Shown: positions 35,511-44,414 of the stretch, piece by piece
Numbering within the stretch: the stretch's first letter is position 1
How the letters are laid out: each line of letters begins with the position of its first letter
Made by a program: the position numbers and the translations under genes
The notes under the pieces: model-generated
The model's input: only the letters and a program-made list of their open reading frames with translations
Told to the model about the DNA's origin: nothing
Database searches by the model: none
Assembly: GCA_937898415.1 (NCBI GenBank)
Contig: CALDLA010000009.1
Coordinates: 4,272 to 68,271 of the forward strand
Source of the DNA: an uncultured Prevotellaceae bacterium
GTDB lineage: Bacteria > Bacteroidota > Bacteroidia > Bacteroidales > Bacteroidaceae
DNA length: 64,000 bases
Reading direction: 5' to 3'

Positions 35511-36635
35511 ATGGAAAGAAAGGAAATGAATAATAAGGGAATATTGAGCAGCCGTTGGATGGTGCTTGTTGCACTATTCGCTATTCACTGTTCACTATTC
35601 ACTAGCGAAGCGCAAGCGCAGCCTAAAAAGAGCCGCGTACAGCAAACACAACAGTCTCAGAAGTCCCAGACATCTAAGACATCTCAGACATCCCAGAACA
35701 GCAGTATGACGCGCCGTATGCAGATCAGCTATCCCGTGGCCATCGACATGCCTGAGGACGTGGTATGGCGCCGCGACATCTACCGCGAGATCGACCTCAA
35801 TGAGGAAGCCAACGCCGGACTGTACTACCCCGTACAACCGCAGGGCAAGCAGATGAACCTGTTTACCTACATCTTCAAGCTGGCCCAGGGCGGCTACATC
35901 CCCATCTACGAATACTCCGTGGCCAATGACGGCAACGATGACTTCTCGGACGGAGCCAAGGTGAAGCTGAAGACGGTGCTCGACAACTACCACATCTTCT
36001 ACGAGGAGCAGGACGGCAAACTGAAGATTGACAACAGCGACATCCCGTCGCAGGAGGTGATGAAGTACTTCCTGAAGGAGAGTGCCTACTATGACCAGAG
36101 CAACGCCACCTTCCACATCAAGCCGCTGGCTCTCTGTCCCGTAATGATGCGCGAGGACGACTTCGGCGGCGAGGCTGCCCAGTACCCGCTCTTCTGGATT
36201 AAGTACAGCGACCTGGAGCCCTACCTGAGCCGCCAGACCATCATGACGTCCGACGTCAACAACGCTGCCGTCATGTCGATGGACGACTACTTCACCCTGA
36301 ACAAGTACAAGGGCAAGATCTACAAGACCAACAACATGCTGGGCAAGACGCTGGCTCAGCTTGCCGGAGGCGACACCGCCAAATACACCAAAGAACAGCA
36401 GCGGATAGAGGCTGAACTGGAGGCGTTCAAGAACAACATCTTCGGCGACAAGCTGAAGCGTGACTCGCTTGACAGCGTGGCCGACACCAAGGCCGGCAAA
36501 GCCACCAAGTCAGCCAAGAAGGAGCGCAAGGCCAAGACCAAGACCGAGAAGGCCAGCCGCCGCACCAAGTCGTCGGCTTCGTCAAGTTCGTCTTCAAGTG
36601 CCGCCCGCGTATCCGTACGCCGCCAACGCCACTAA
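35511..36635 (+). CDS. porN: T9SS ring component PorN/GldN
   Basis: YPVAIDMPEDVVWRRDIYREIDL and gene position. It has a Q/S/T-rich N-terminal low-complexity stretch and a Lys/Ser-rich C-terminal tail. Confidence 0.87.
   Translation: MERKEMNNKGILSSRWMVLVALFAIHCSLFTSEAQAQPKKSRVQQTQQSQKSQTSKTSQTSQNSSMTRRMQISYPVAIDMPEDVVWRRDIYREIDLNEEANAGLYYPVQPQGKQMNLFTYIFKLAQGGYIPIYEYSVANDGNDDFSDGAKVKLKTVLDNYHIFYEEQDGKLKIDNSDIPSQEVMKYFLKESAYYDQSNATFHIKPLALCPVMMREDDFGGEAAQYPLFWIKYSDLEPYLSRQTIMTSDVNNAAVMSMDDYFTLNKYKGKIYKTNNMLGKTLAQLAGGDTAKYTKEQQRIEAELEAFKNNIFGDKLKRDSLDSVADTKAGKATKSAKKERKAKTKTEKASRRTKSSASSSSSSSAARVSVRRQRH
35584..35603. repeat. inverted copy of the heptamer array (TTCACTN x3) inside the porN signal-peptide coding region
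   Basis: TTCACTG TTCACTA TTCACT. Its reverse complement matches 18 of 20 positions of 35474-35493. Confidence 0.75.
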
Positions 36636-36645
36636 GGACTGAGAA

Positions 36646-37272
36646 GTGATGGGCAGGAAGTGGATCGTTCTCTTGACTGTCATCCTGTGCCAGTCAGTGC
36701 AGGCGGGTAAACCTGTGAATTTTGCCCTCAAGGGAGGACTGGAACTGACAGAAATGACCTTTAGCGGCCACGACCTGGACGACAGCAACAGGGCAGGTTT
36801 CTACATCGGCCCCATGCTGGGAATCTCACTACCGGTCGTCGGACTGGGCATCGACGTATCGCTCCTCTACAACCAGCGTTCTCTGAAGGTGGACGGTGAA
36901 CGGCTCAAGCAGAAGAGCCTGTTGATACCGGCCAACGTGCGCTACGGCATAGACATCGGCGACGCCCTCGGCATCTTCTTCAGCGGCGGCCCTCAGCTGG
37001 CCTTCAACGTAGGCAAGGACATCTATTACTGGAAGGACGAACAGAAAGACAATCACCAGTACATCCTGCAAAACACGCTCGTCAGTTTCAACTTCGGTGC
37101 CGGTGTCCACATCGGACCGCGACTGGAAGCTGGCATCTACTATAACATTCCCTTGGGCAAGACTGCCGACTTCACATGGGACAAACTGAGCTCGGAACTG
37201 AGGGAGACCACCTGGAGCCGCGCCAAATCGAGAACCAACGTCTGGCACATTGCCGTGGCCTTATACTTCTGA
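36646..37272 (+). CDS. small OM beta-barrel (porin-family / OMP_b-brl-like) protein
   Basis: Signal peptide, alternating amphipathic strands, and a C-terminal ...VALYF aromatic end. It starts 10 nt after porN. Confidence 0.72.
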   Translation: MMGRKWIVLLTVILCQSVQAGKPVNFALKGGLELTEMTFSGHDLDDSNRAGFYIGPMLGISLPVVGLGIDVSLLYNQRSLKVDGERLKQKSLLIPANVRYGIDIGDALGIFFSGGPQLAFNVGKDIYYWKDEQKDNHQYILQNTLVSFNFGAGVHIGPRLEAGIYYNIPLGKTADFTWDKLSSELRETTWSRAKSRTNVWHIAVALYF

Positions 37273-37278
37273 TACGCC

Positions 37279-39555
37279 TTGAACTTTGCCGACATCATAC
37301 TGCCCGTGCCGCTCGACGGCACTTTTACCTACGCCGTACCGTCCCAGTGGCAACAGCAGGCGGCGCCGGGATGCCGTGTACTCGTCCCCTTCGGACGCGG
37401 CAAGCAGTATGTCGGACTGATTGCCACCCTACACGACAACCGTCCCGAGGGCTACGAGGTGAAGGACATCCAGATGCTCATCGACACACAGCCGATATTG
37501 CTTCCTGAGCAGTATCGGCTGTGGCAGTGGATAGCCGACTATTATATGTCGCCCATCGGCGAGGTTTTCAAGGCGGCCCTGCCTGCCGGACTGAAGGCCG
37601 AGGACGGCTACCGTCCGAAGACGGAGACCTACATCCGACTGACTCCCCAGTTCCGCAACGAGCAGTCGCTGCACATCGCCCTCGACATGCTGAAACGGGC
37701 ACAGAAGCAGCTGGACTGCTTCGTGGAGTTCCTGACTCTCTCGGGAGCCGACATGAATCCCGAATGCCCGGCCGAAGTCACACGCGAGGAACTGATGAAC
37801 TCGTCGAACGCCACCCTCCAGACCGTCACCATGCTGCAGAAACGCGGCATGCTGGAGACCTATGAGGTGGAGGTGGGCCGACTGAATCACGGCGGCGAGC
37901 CACACCCTGAGAATATCAAACGCCTGAGCGAGGCTCAGGAAACGGCCTACAACCAGATACTGCTGTCGATGATGAAGAAGCAGGTGACATTGCTCCACGG
38001 CGTCACCTCCAGTGGCAAGACCGAAATCTATATCCACCTCATCCAGCGCGAGATAGAGCAGCACCGGCAGGTGCTCTACCTGCTGCCCGAGATTGCCCTG
38101 ACCGTACAGATGATGGACCGTCTGCGCCGCGTCTTCGGCGACCGCTTGGGCATCTATCACTCCAAGTACAGCGATGCCGAGCGGGTGGAAATCTGGCAGA
38201 AGCAACTCTCCGGCCATCCTTACGACGTCATCCTCGGTGCCCGTTCTGCCGTTTTCCTGCCCTTCCAACGGCTCGGCCTCGTCATCGTCGACGAGGAGCA
38301 CGAGACCAGCTTCAAGCAGCAGGACCCCATGCCCCGCTATCATGCACGCTCAGCAGCCATCATGATGGCAAGTCTCACTCCACCCTCCACCCTCCACCCT
38401 CCACGAGTGTTACTCGGCTCCGCCACCCCCTCGATGGAGTCCTACCACAACGCGATGACGGGCAAGTACGGCTATGTGCAGCTGACGGAGCGCCACCAAG
38501 GGCTCGAATTGCCTGAGATACAGGTCGTGGACATCAAGGACCTGCAGCACCGCAAGATGATGAACGGTCCCTTCTCACCGCTTCTGTTAACACGCATACG
38601 CGAGGCGCTGGAACGTGGCGAACAGGCCATCCTCTTCCAGAACCGCCGAGGCTACGCCCCGATGTTGGAGTGCAAGTCGTGCGGATGGGTGCCCCACTGC
38701 CAGAACTGTGATGTATCGCTGACGCTCCACCGACAGATGAACCAGCTGGTCTGCCACTATTGCGGCGCCGTCTATCAGGTGCCCATAGAGTGTCCCAACT
38801 GCGGCGACATCCATCTGCAGGCCCACGGCTATGGTACGGAGAAGATTGAGGCCGACGTACGCGACATTTTCCCTGAAGCCCGCATCAGCCGCATGGACCT
38901 CGACACCACCCGTACCCGCAATGCCTACGAACGGCTCATCAGCGACTTCGCCTCCGGGCGCACCAACCTGCTCATCGGCACCCAGATGATTTCCAAGGGT
39001 CTCGACTTCGACCGTGTCAGCATCGTCGGCATCTTAGATGCTGATAAAATGCTCAACTATCCCGACTTCCGGGCTTACGAGCACGCCTTCATGATGATGT
39101 CTCAGGTCAGCGGACGCGCCGGACGCAAAGGGCGACGCGGACTGGTCATCCTACAGACGCGCCAGCCCCAACTGCCCATCATTCAGCAGATTGTACGCGG
39201 TGACTACCCCACCCTCTACCGCACGCTCTGCACCGAGCGCCAGCAGTTCCACTACCCACCCTTCTACCGACTTATCGACGTCTACCTGAAACACCGCAGC
39301 GACGAATTGGTCGAGGTTGCCGCCCAGGAGCTGGGCTTCCGCCTGCGCCAGTGGTTCGGCGGTCGCGTCCTCGGCCCCGACAAACCCGGCATCTCGCGCG
39401 TAAAATCCCTCTGCATCCGCAAACTCGTCCTCAAATTAGAGAACAGCCTCAACATGGCCGAGGTGCGCCGATACCTGACGCTTGCCCAACAGCAGATGCT
39501 CCAGGACAAGCGCTACGCCTCCCTCCAGGTCTATTACGACGTTGACCCCCTCTGA
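37279..39555 (+). CDS. priA: primosomal protein N' (replication restart helicase), TTG start
   Basis: ADIILPVPLDGTFTYAVP N-terminus, Walker A GVTSSGKTE, DEEHE, Cys4 zinc motifs (CKSCGW...CQNCD...CHYCG...CPNCG), and LIGTQMISKGLDF. Confidence 0.93.
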   Translation: MNFADIILPVPLDGTFTYAVPSQWQQQAAPGCRVLVPFGRGKQYVGLIATLHDNRPEGYEVKDIQMLIDTQPILLPEQYRLWQWIADYYMSPIGEVFKAALPAGLKAEDGYRPKTETYIRLTPQFRNEQSLHIALDMLKRAQKQLDCFVEFLTLSGADMNPECPAEVTREELMNSSNATLQTVTMLQKRGMLETYEVEVGRLNHGGEPHPENIKRLSEAQETAYNQILLSMMKKQVTLLHGVTSSGKTEIYIHLIQREIEQHRQVLYLLPEIALTVQMMDRLRRVFGDRLGIYHSKYSDAERVEIWQKQLSGHPYDVILGARSAVFLPFQRLGLVIVDEEHETSFKQQDPMPRYHARSAAIMMASLTPPSTLHPPRVLLGSATPSMESYHNAMTGKYGYVQLTERHQGLELPEIQVVDIKDLQHRKMMNGPFSPLLLTRIREALERGEQAILFQNRRGYAPMLECKSCGWVPHCQNCDVSLTLHRQMNQLVCHYCGAVYQVPIECPNCGDIHLQAHGYGTEKIEADVRDIFPEARISRMDLDTTRTRNAYERLISDFASGRTNLLIGTQMISKGLDFDRVSIVGILDADKMLNYPDFRAYEHAFMMMSQVSGRAGRKGRRGLVILQTRQPQLPIIQQIVRGDYPTLYRTLCTERQQFHYPPFYRLIDVYLKHRSDELVEVAAQELGFRLRQWFGGRVLGPDKPGISRVKSLCIRKLVLKLENSLNMAEVRRYLTLAQQQMLQDKRYASLQVYYDVDPL
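38378..38405. repeat. heptamer array CTCCACC x3 + CTCCACG inside priA coding sequence
   Basis: Read directly from the sequence. It encodes ...SLTPPSTLHPPRV... just before the conserved LLGSATPS. Confidence 0.85.
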
Positions 39556-39562
39556 CAAATTT

Positions 39563-39620
39563 TACGAAGCCTTCCAACACTTTTTTGGAAGCCATGGAAA
39601 AAGTGTTGGATGGCTTCGTA
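39563..39620. repeat. 23-bp-arm inverted repeat after priA (possible terminator, no T-run)
   Basis: TACGAAGCCTTCCAACACTTTTT ... AAAAAGTGTTGGATGGCTTCGTA. The loop TGGAAGCCATGG carries a third GAAGCC copy. Confidence 0.45.
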
Positions 39621-39961
39621 GCAAGAAATGCGTAGGCAAGCACATTGAACCTATTGTTCTTTCTTGGCATAAAATCGCCTTTATTCCGCTATGAAGGGCG
39701 AGAAACTATAAGGTTTAGCGGAATAAGCTTTATTTCATTCCGTTTTTAACACTTTGCAGTGTTGATATTACGATTTTTTTAAACTTTGCAGCACGATTGA
39801 AAACGAAAGCATTGTATATTTGCAGCCAAACAAAACAGGAAAGTATGAGCTTTTTATCAAAAATCTCATTAAAAAACTTAGATTTTTGATGATTTGCTCA
39901 TACTTTTTTTTGGCTGATTGACTTTTTTTCCTTACATTTGCAGCTATATTTGGTAACTGTT

Positions 39962-41054
39962 ATGAATAAAGGGATTGTTATAGGACGTGAACGTGAGATG
40001 TCTGAACTCCAACGTTGCATGGAGTCGGACCGCTCTGAGTTCGTGATTGTGTATGGCCGTCGTCGAGTCGGCAAAACATACCTTGTGGATAACTTCTTTA
40101 ATTATGAGTATGATTACCAACAATATCTATGTCCGACCATTCACATTGAATGAGGTAGAGCAATATATGCATAGCCGCGGAGCCTCATGGGACAGATATC
40201 AACTACTGCAGACGTACATGATCATTGGCGGCATTCCTTTTTACTATAGTCTGCTGAATGTAAAGGAGAGCCTTGTTCAGAATGTGGACCGTCTGTTCTT
40301 TCGCAAGAATGGGGAATTGAGAATAGAGTTTGAAGAACTGTTCAGCGCACTATTCAGCAATACAGAGAAATATACCAGTGTTGTGAAACTGCTGAATGGC
40401 AAGCGAGAGGGCATGACACGTGAGGAGATAGAAAAGGCAACAAATATAGACAAATCGGTACTAACCATCGTACTTCGAAACTTAGAACGTAGCGACTTCG
40501 TTCTGCGTTATTCACAGTTCGGCAACAAATCGAAGGGTGCCATTTATCGGTTGGTTGATTTTTATACCTTATTTTATTATAGGTTTATTGACAGCTTCAA
40601 TGCCCAGGACGAAGAATGGTGGAGCCATAATTTCCAGTCTCCGTCAGTAGAGTCGTGGCAGGGACTGTCGTTCGAACTTCTTAGCCTGTTACACTTGCAG
40701 CAAATAAAACAGAAGCTGGGTATATCAGGCATGGCCACTTCAGCTTCTTCATGGAGGTATGTGCCCACAAAGAAGCAAAAAGACAATGGCGAAAAAGGTA
40801 CGCAAATAGATTTGCTGATTGACCGTGCAGACAGGATTATTAACCTATGCGAGATGAAATTCTCTGTAAAGCCGTACAACATCACCGACAGCTACGAGAA
40901 TACACTCAGAAACAGGATGAGTCTGTTCCAAGAGAAGGCAAAGACGACAAAAACGCTTGTCTATTCTTTTGTCACGACATTCGGAGTGGCAAATGCCGTT
41001 GGGCGAAGCATCGTAGGTAGTGAAGTGACCATGGATGATTTATTCGGCAAATAA
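39962..41054 (+). pseudogene. decayed AAA-type ATPase (archaeal-ATPase/DUF234-like 'ATP-binding protein') with internal deletion and frameshift
   Basis: The N-terminal part MNKGIVIGREREMSELQ...VIVYGRRRVGKTYLVDNFFN stops at 40153. A second frame continues ...NNIYVRPFTLNEVEQYMHS... to 41054. No Walker B region lies between the P-loop and the PFTL segment. Confidence 0.7.
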
Positions 41055-41080
41055 AAGAAGTTTGCACTTGTTTTTTTAAT

Positions 41081-41390
41081 GAACATATGTTCGTTGGCCT
41101 TTTCACATATGTTCATAAGGTTGAGAACCTATGTTGGGCTGAAATCGCGTTTATTAATAAATAGCATGCAAATTATTAATAAGTAGCGTGCTATTTATTA
41201 ATAAATGACGACGAAGTCAAAAATACCCCCCAATAAATTGGCTCGAGCCAAAACCCCATTTAGCTCGAGCCAATGCCCCTTTTGGCTCGAGCCAACTCCC
41301 CGATTGGCTCTTAATGACTTTTCCTGATTTCAAAACCCTGCCTTATTGCGTAATAACCCAAGGTTATTTGACGATAACCCCGGGTTATTT
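41081..41390. repeat. four consecutive triplet arrays of distinct palindromes phased at 21-22 bp
   Basis: ACATATGTTC-type cores at 41083/41105/41127. TTATTAATAA at 41151/41173/41195. TTGGCTCGAGCCAA at 41238/41260(TTAG..)/41282 plus a half-site at 41304. ATAACC-N3-GGTTAT-type at 41332 (degenerate)/41353/41374. Confidence 0.85.
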
Positions 41391-41473
41391 GCTATACGTA
41401 CGTTTTTACGCTCTGGCAGTTAAATTTTTCTTAAATTACGCCCAATTGTACAAGAAGTAAGGATTTTATTTCG

Positions 41474-41481
41474 TATTTTTG
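41474..41481 (+). promoter_or_regulatory. -7 box TATTTTTG upstream of hsdM
   Basis: The sequence is cgTATTTTTGcaaatg, about 210 nt upstream of the hsdM ATG. Confidence 0.4.
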
Positions 41482-41692
41482 CAAATGCTATTGCCCTGCT
41501 GACTCTAAATCTATTTAGTGAGAAGAGTTATCGGGCGAGGGCACTACTTTGTGGAAAAGCGACACTGCACGTATTGTGGCAGCAGGAGATACCCTCGTTT
41601 TTTCTGCTTTGTGGAAACCTAAAACTGTAGAACCCTCTGACGCTTGGGTATCAGTCAGACCAATTGCTGCTGACCACGCTATCCAAGGATAT

Positions 41693-43297
41693 ATGGCAAA
41701 GAAAGTAAAAGAGGAAACGCTGAATCTTGATAACATTCTATTCAAGTGTCGGGATATTCTGCGACAGGCAAAGAACTCAGGGTCGTTTTTCGAAAAGCGC
41801 GACATGATGCTGACACTCGTGTTCCTACGGTTTATTGGTGAGAAATACGAGGATGGTGTTGCAAAGTTGCGCCAGAAGTTGATAGACGAAGGGCTTGACC
41901 CTGATGACGAAGAAATCGTAAAGGCTTTCTTCGAGGATGCCACCTTTGCCGACGGTACTTTCGACCTTCCACCAGAATCGCGTTGGTCCACCATCATCAA
42001 CACGGCAGCACCACAATTGAACGTGGCTCTTGATACAGCTCTCAGAAGTATTGGTGCCACTAATCCTGACTTGAAAGGATGCTTCGTGGAGGGTACGTTC
42101 ACGCAGCGCAATCTGGGTGCCAACGACATCAAGAAGATTGTGGATGAGGTGAACAAGATCAGTCATAAGACTTTTGGCGAAGAAAAAGACCTCATTGGAC
42201 GTGTCTATGAATATTTCCTGAAGGAGTTTGCCGTCAACGCCACCAAAGAAGAGGGTGAGTTCTATACCCCGCACGATGTGGTACAACTGATTGCTACCGT
42301 CATAGAGCCTTTTGACGGTACGCTCTATGACCCCTGTTGCGGTTCGGGCGGAATGTTCATCCAAAGCTCAGAACTGGTAAAAGCCAAGCAGGGCGATATA
42401 AGCCGTATCAATGTGTATGGTCAGGAGAAAGAGGCAGCGACCTATCGACTGGCCAAGATGAACCTTGCACTTCGTGGCATCAGTCATAATCTGGGGAGCG
42501 AGAGCGATTCCTCCTTCACCAACGACCTTCACCGAGGGCTGTATTTCGACTACATCATGGCCAATCCTCCCTTCAACCTCAAAGGCTGGTATAATGACAA
42601 CCTTCAGTATGATAGCCGATGGGCAGACTATCAGACTCCTCCAGAAAGCAATGCCAACTATGCCTGGATTCTTCACATGCTTTCCCATCTGAAGAAAACT
42701 TCAGGTGTGGCAGGCTTCTTGCTGGCCAATGGTGCTCTGGGCGATACCGATGCCCTCGAAATCCGAAAGAAACTGATAGAAAATGATAAGGTGGAAGCCA
42801 TTATCATTCTGCCCAGAGAGCTGTTTATCACCACTGACATCAGCGTCACCTTCTGGATTCTCAATCAGAACAAACGAGGAGGCCGCTATCATGGGCGCGA
42901 GCTTCGCAACCGTGAGCACGAAATTCTCTTCATGGACTTACGCCGCTGGACTGAGAATCCTGTTAAGGGCGAACAAAAGAAAAAGGTGCAACTCGTTACT
43001 GAACAGATTCAGCGAGTAGCCGACCTTTATCATCAATGGCAATCTGTCGGTACAGACGGCAAGAACTTTGCCGAGCCAGAGCTTTATCGCAGCGTAGGGA
43101 TAAAGGAGATAGAGCAAAACAACTGGACGCTGGTTCCCAGCAAATATATTGAGTTTATCGACCACGATTTAGAGATAGACTATCCCAAGGAAATGGCTCG
43201 CATTCAGCAGGAAATGAAGGAGCTGATGACAAGGGAAAAGGAATCACAACGAATGCTTGAAGAGGCGTTTAAAGGTATTGGATATGGGATTGAATAA
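41693..43297 (+). CDS. hsdM: type I restriction-modification system methyltransferase subunit
   Basis: HsdM N-domain (LFKCRDILR...LVFLRFI), motif I DPCCGSGGM and motif IV NPPF. The internal ATG at 41693 (MAKKVKEE...) is preferred over the track start. Confidence 0.93.
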   Translation: MAKKVKEETLNLDNILFKCRDILRQAKNSGSFFEKRDMMLTLVFLRFIGEKYEDGVAKLRQKLIDEGLDPDDEEIVKAFFEDATFADGTFDLPPESRWSTIINTAAPQLNVALDTALRSIGATNPDLKGCFVEGTFTQRNLGANDIKKIVDEVNKISHKTFGEEKDLIGRVYEYFLKEFAVNATKEEGEFYTPHDVVQLIATVIEPFDGTLYDPCCGSGGMFIQSSELVKAKQGDISRINVYGQEKEAATYRLAKMNLALRGISHNLGSESDSSFTNDLHRGLYFDYIMANPPFNLKGWYNDNLQYDSRWADYQTPPESNANYAWILHMLSHLKKTSGVAGFLLANGALGDTDALEIRKKLIENDKVEAIIILPRELFITTDISVTFWILNQNKRGGRYHGRELRNREHEILFMDLRRWTENPVKGEQKKKVQLVTEQIQRVADLYHQWQSVGTDGKNFAEPELYRSVGIKEIEQNNWTLVPSKYIEFIDHDLEIDYPKEMARIQQEMKELMTREKESQRMLEEAFKGIGYGIE

Positions 43298-44399
43298 GTA
43301 TAAACTTGGGGAACTCATCGAATTATCTGATGAGAGGAATTACTCGGGCAAGTATTCGCTTGATAGTGTTAAAGGCATTTCAACAGAGAAAACTTTTATT
43401 GATACAAAAGCAAATATGGACGGTGTATCATTAGATACATATAAAGTTGTTAATCCTGGTGAATTCTCTTATGTTCCAGATACATCAAGAAGAGGAGATA
43501 AAATAGCTTTGGCATTTAACAACTCAAATGTAGCCATTCTTATTTCATCCATCTACACGACATTTAAGTGTAGGCGAAAAGATTTATTAATACCAGAATT
43601 CCTATTTATATTCTTCAACCGCCCTGAGTTTGACCGTTATTCTCGTTTCAATTCATGGGGAAGTGCAAGAGAGACTTTCTCGTGGGAAGATTTCTGTGAT
43701 ATTGACATCACTCTCCCTTCCGTTGAACAGCAGCGCAAATACGTTGACGTTTATCTGTCACTTCAAAAGAACCTTGAAGCATACCAAAGCAAGGTAGATG
43801 AATTAAAACTTGTCTGTGATGGGTACTTGGACAAATTAAAGGCTGAGAGTGGAAGATTGAAAATCGGAGAACTTCTTGAAGAGGTGGACAACAGGAATAA
43901 TGGTTCGAAGATACAATCGGTCAAGGGAATCAATATTGAGAAGAGTTTCATGGACTCTGTTGCTGATACGAATGGCGTTGATTTGTCGAAGTACAAGGTC
44001 GTCAATGAGAATGAATTTGCTTTCAGCGGTATGCAAACAGGAAGAGACGAATGTATAAGGATTGCCCTTAATGAAAGCAAAAATCCCATTATCGTTTCAC
44101 CCGCTTATACAGTCTTGAAGGTTAAGAACGATTCCGTACTGGTTCCGTATATCCAGCTGTGGTTCTCCAGAAAGGAGATTGACCGTTATGGATGGTTTGC
44201 AAGCGATGGGAGCATACGCTCAAATCTGGACTTGGAGCGTTTCTTTGATATGCAAATCCCCATCCCGTCTATTGAGACCCAGCGTTCGATAGCCTCAATA
44301 TACAAAGTCTATAAGGAGCGTAAGGCCATTGCCTCCCAGCTAAAAGAGCAACTAAACAATCTCTGTCCTATACTGATAAAAGGCTCATTACAAAACTAA
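43284..44399 (+). CDS. hsdS: type I R-M specificity subunit (two target-recognition domains)
   Basis: It overlaps the hsdM stop by 14 nt. It has duplicated TRD architecture with central and C-terminal coiled conserved regions. Confidence 0.87.
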   Translation: MGLNKYKLGELIELSDERNYSGKYSLDSVKGISTEKTFIDTKANMDGVSLDTYKVVNPGEFSYVPDTSRRGDKIALAFNNSNVAILISSIYTTFKCRRKDLLIPEFLFIFFNRPEFDRYSRFNSWGSARETFSWEDFCDIDITLPSVEQQRKYVDVYLSLQKNLEAYQSKVDELKLVCDGYLDKLKAESGRLKIGELLEEVDNRNNGSKIQSVKGINIEKSFMDSVADTNGVDLSKYKVVNENEFAFSGMQTGRDECIRIALNESKNPIIVSPAYTVLKVKNDSVLVPYIQLWFSRKEIDRYGWFASDGSIRSNLDLERFFDMQIPIPSIETQRSIASIYKVYKERKAIASQLKEQLNNLCPILIKGSLQN

Positions 44400-44414
44400 A
44401 ATCATTACCAGACA

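Noticed and set aside
39938-39961. Longer start for the ATPase pseudogene (track ORF from 39938)
   Set aside because: It would begin at a non-ATG codon inside the TACATTTG promoter box. The ATG at 39962 gives the family-typical MNKGIVIGRE N-terminus.
41081-41390. CRISPR array interpretation of the phased repeats (also 46075-46186)
   Set aside because: A period of 22 bp or 11 bp is far too short for repeat-plus-spacer units. There are no unique spacers, the repeat core changes every three units, and no cas genes are present.
41549-41692. 48-codon in-frame extension upstream of hsdM
   Set aside because: The extension starts at a non-ATG codon and has no HsdM similarity. MAKKVKEETLNLDNILFKCRDILR at 41693 matches the usual HsdM N-terminus. 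The extension is probably 5-prime UTR.
43284-44399. Phase-variable hsdS shufflon
   Set aside because: The window has no second or inverted hsdS copy, no TRD-flanking inverted repeats and no recombinase.
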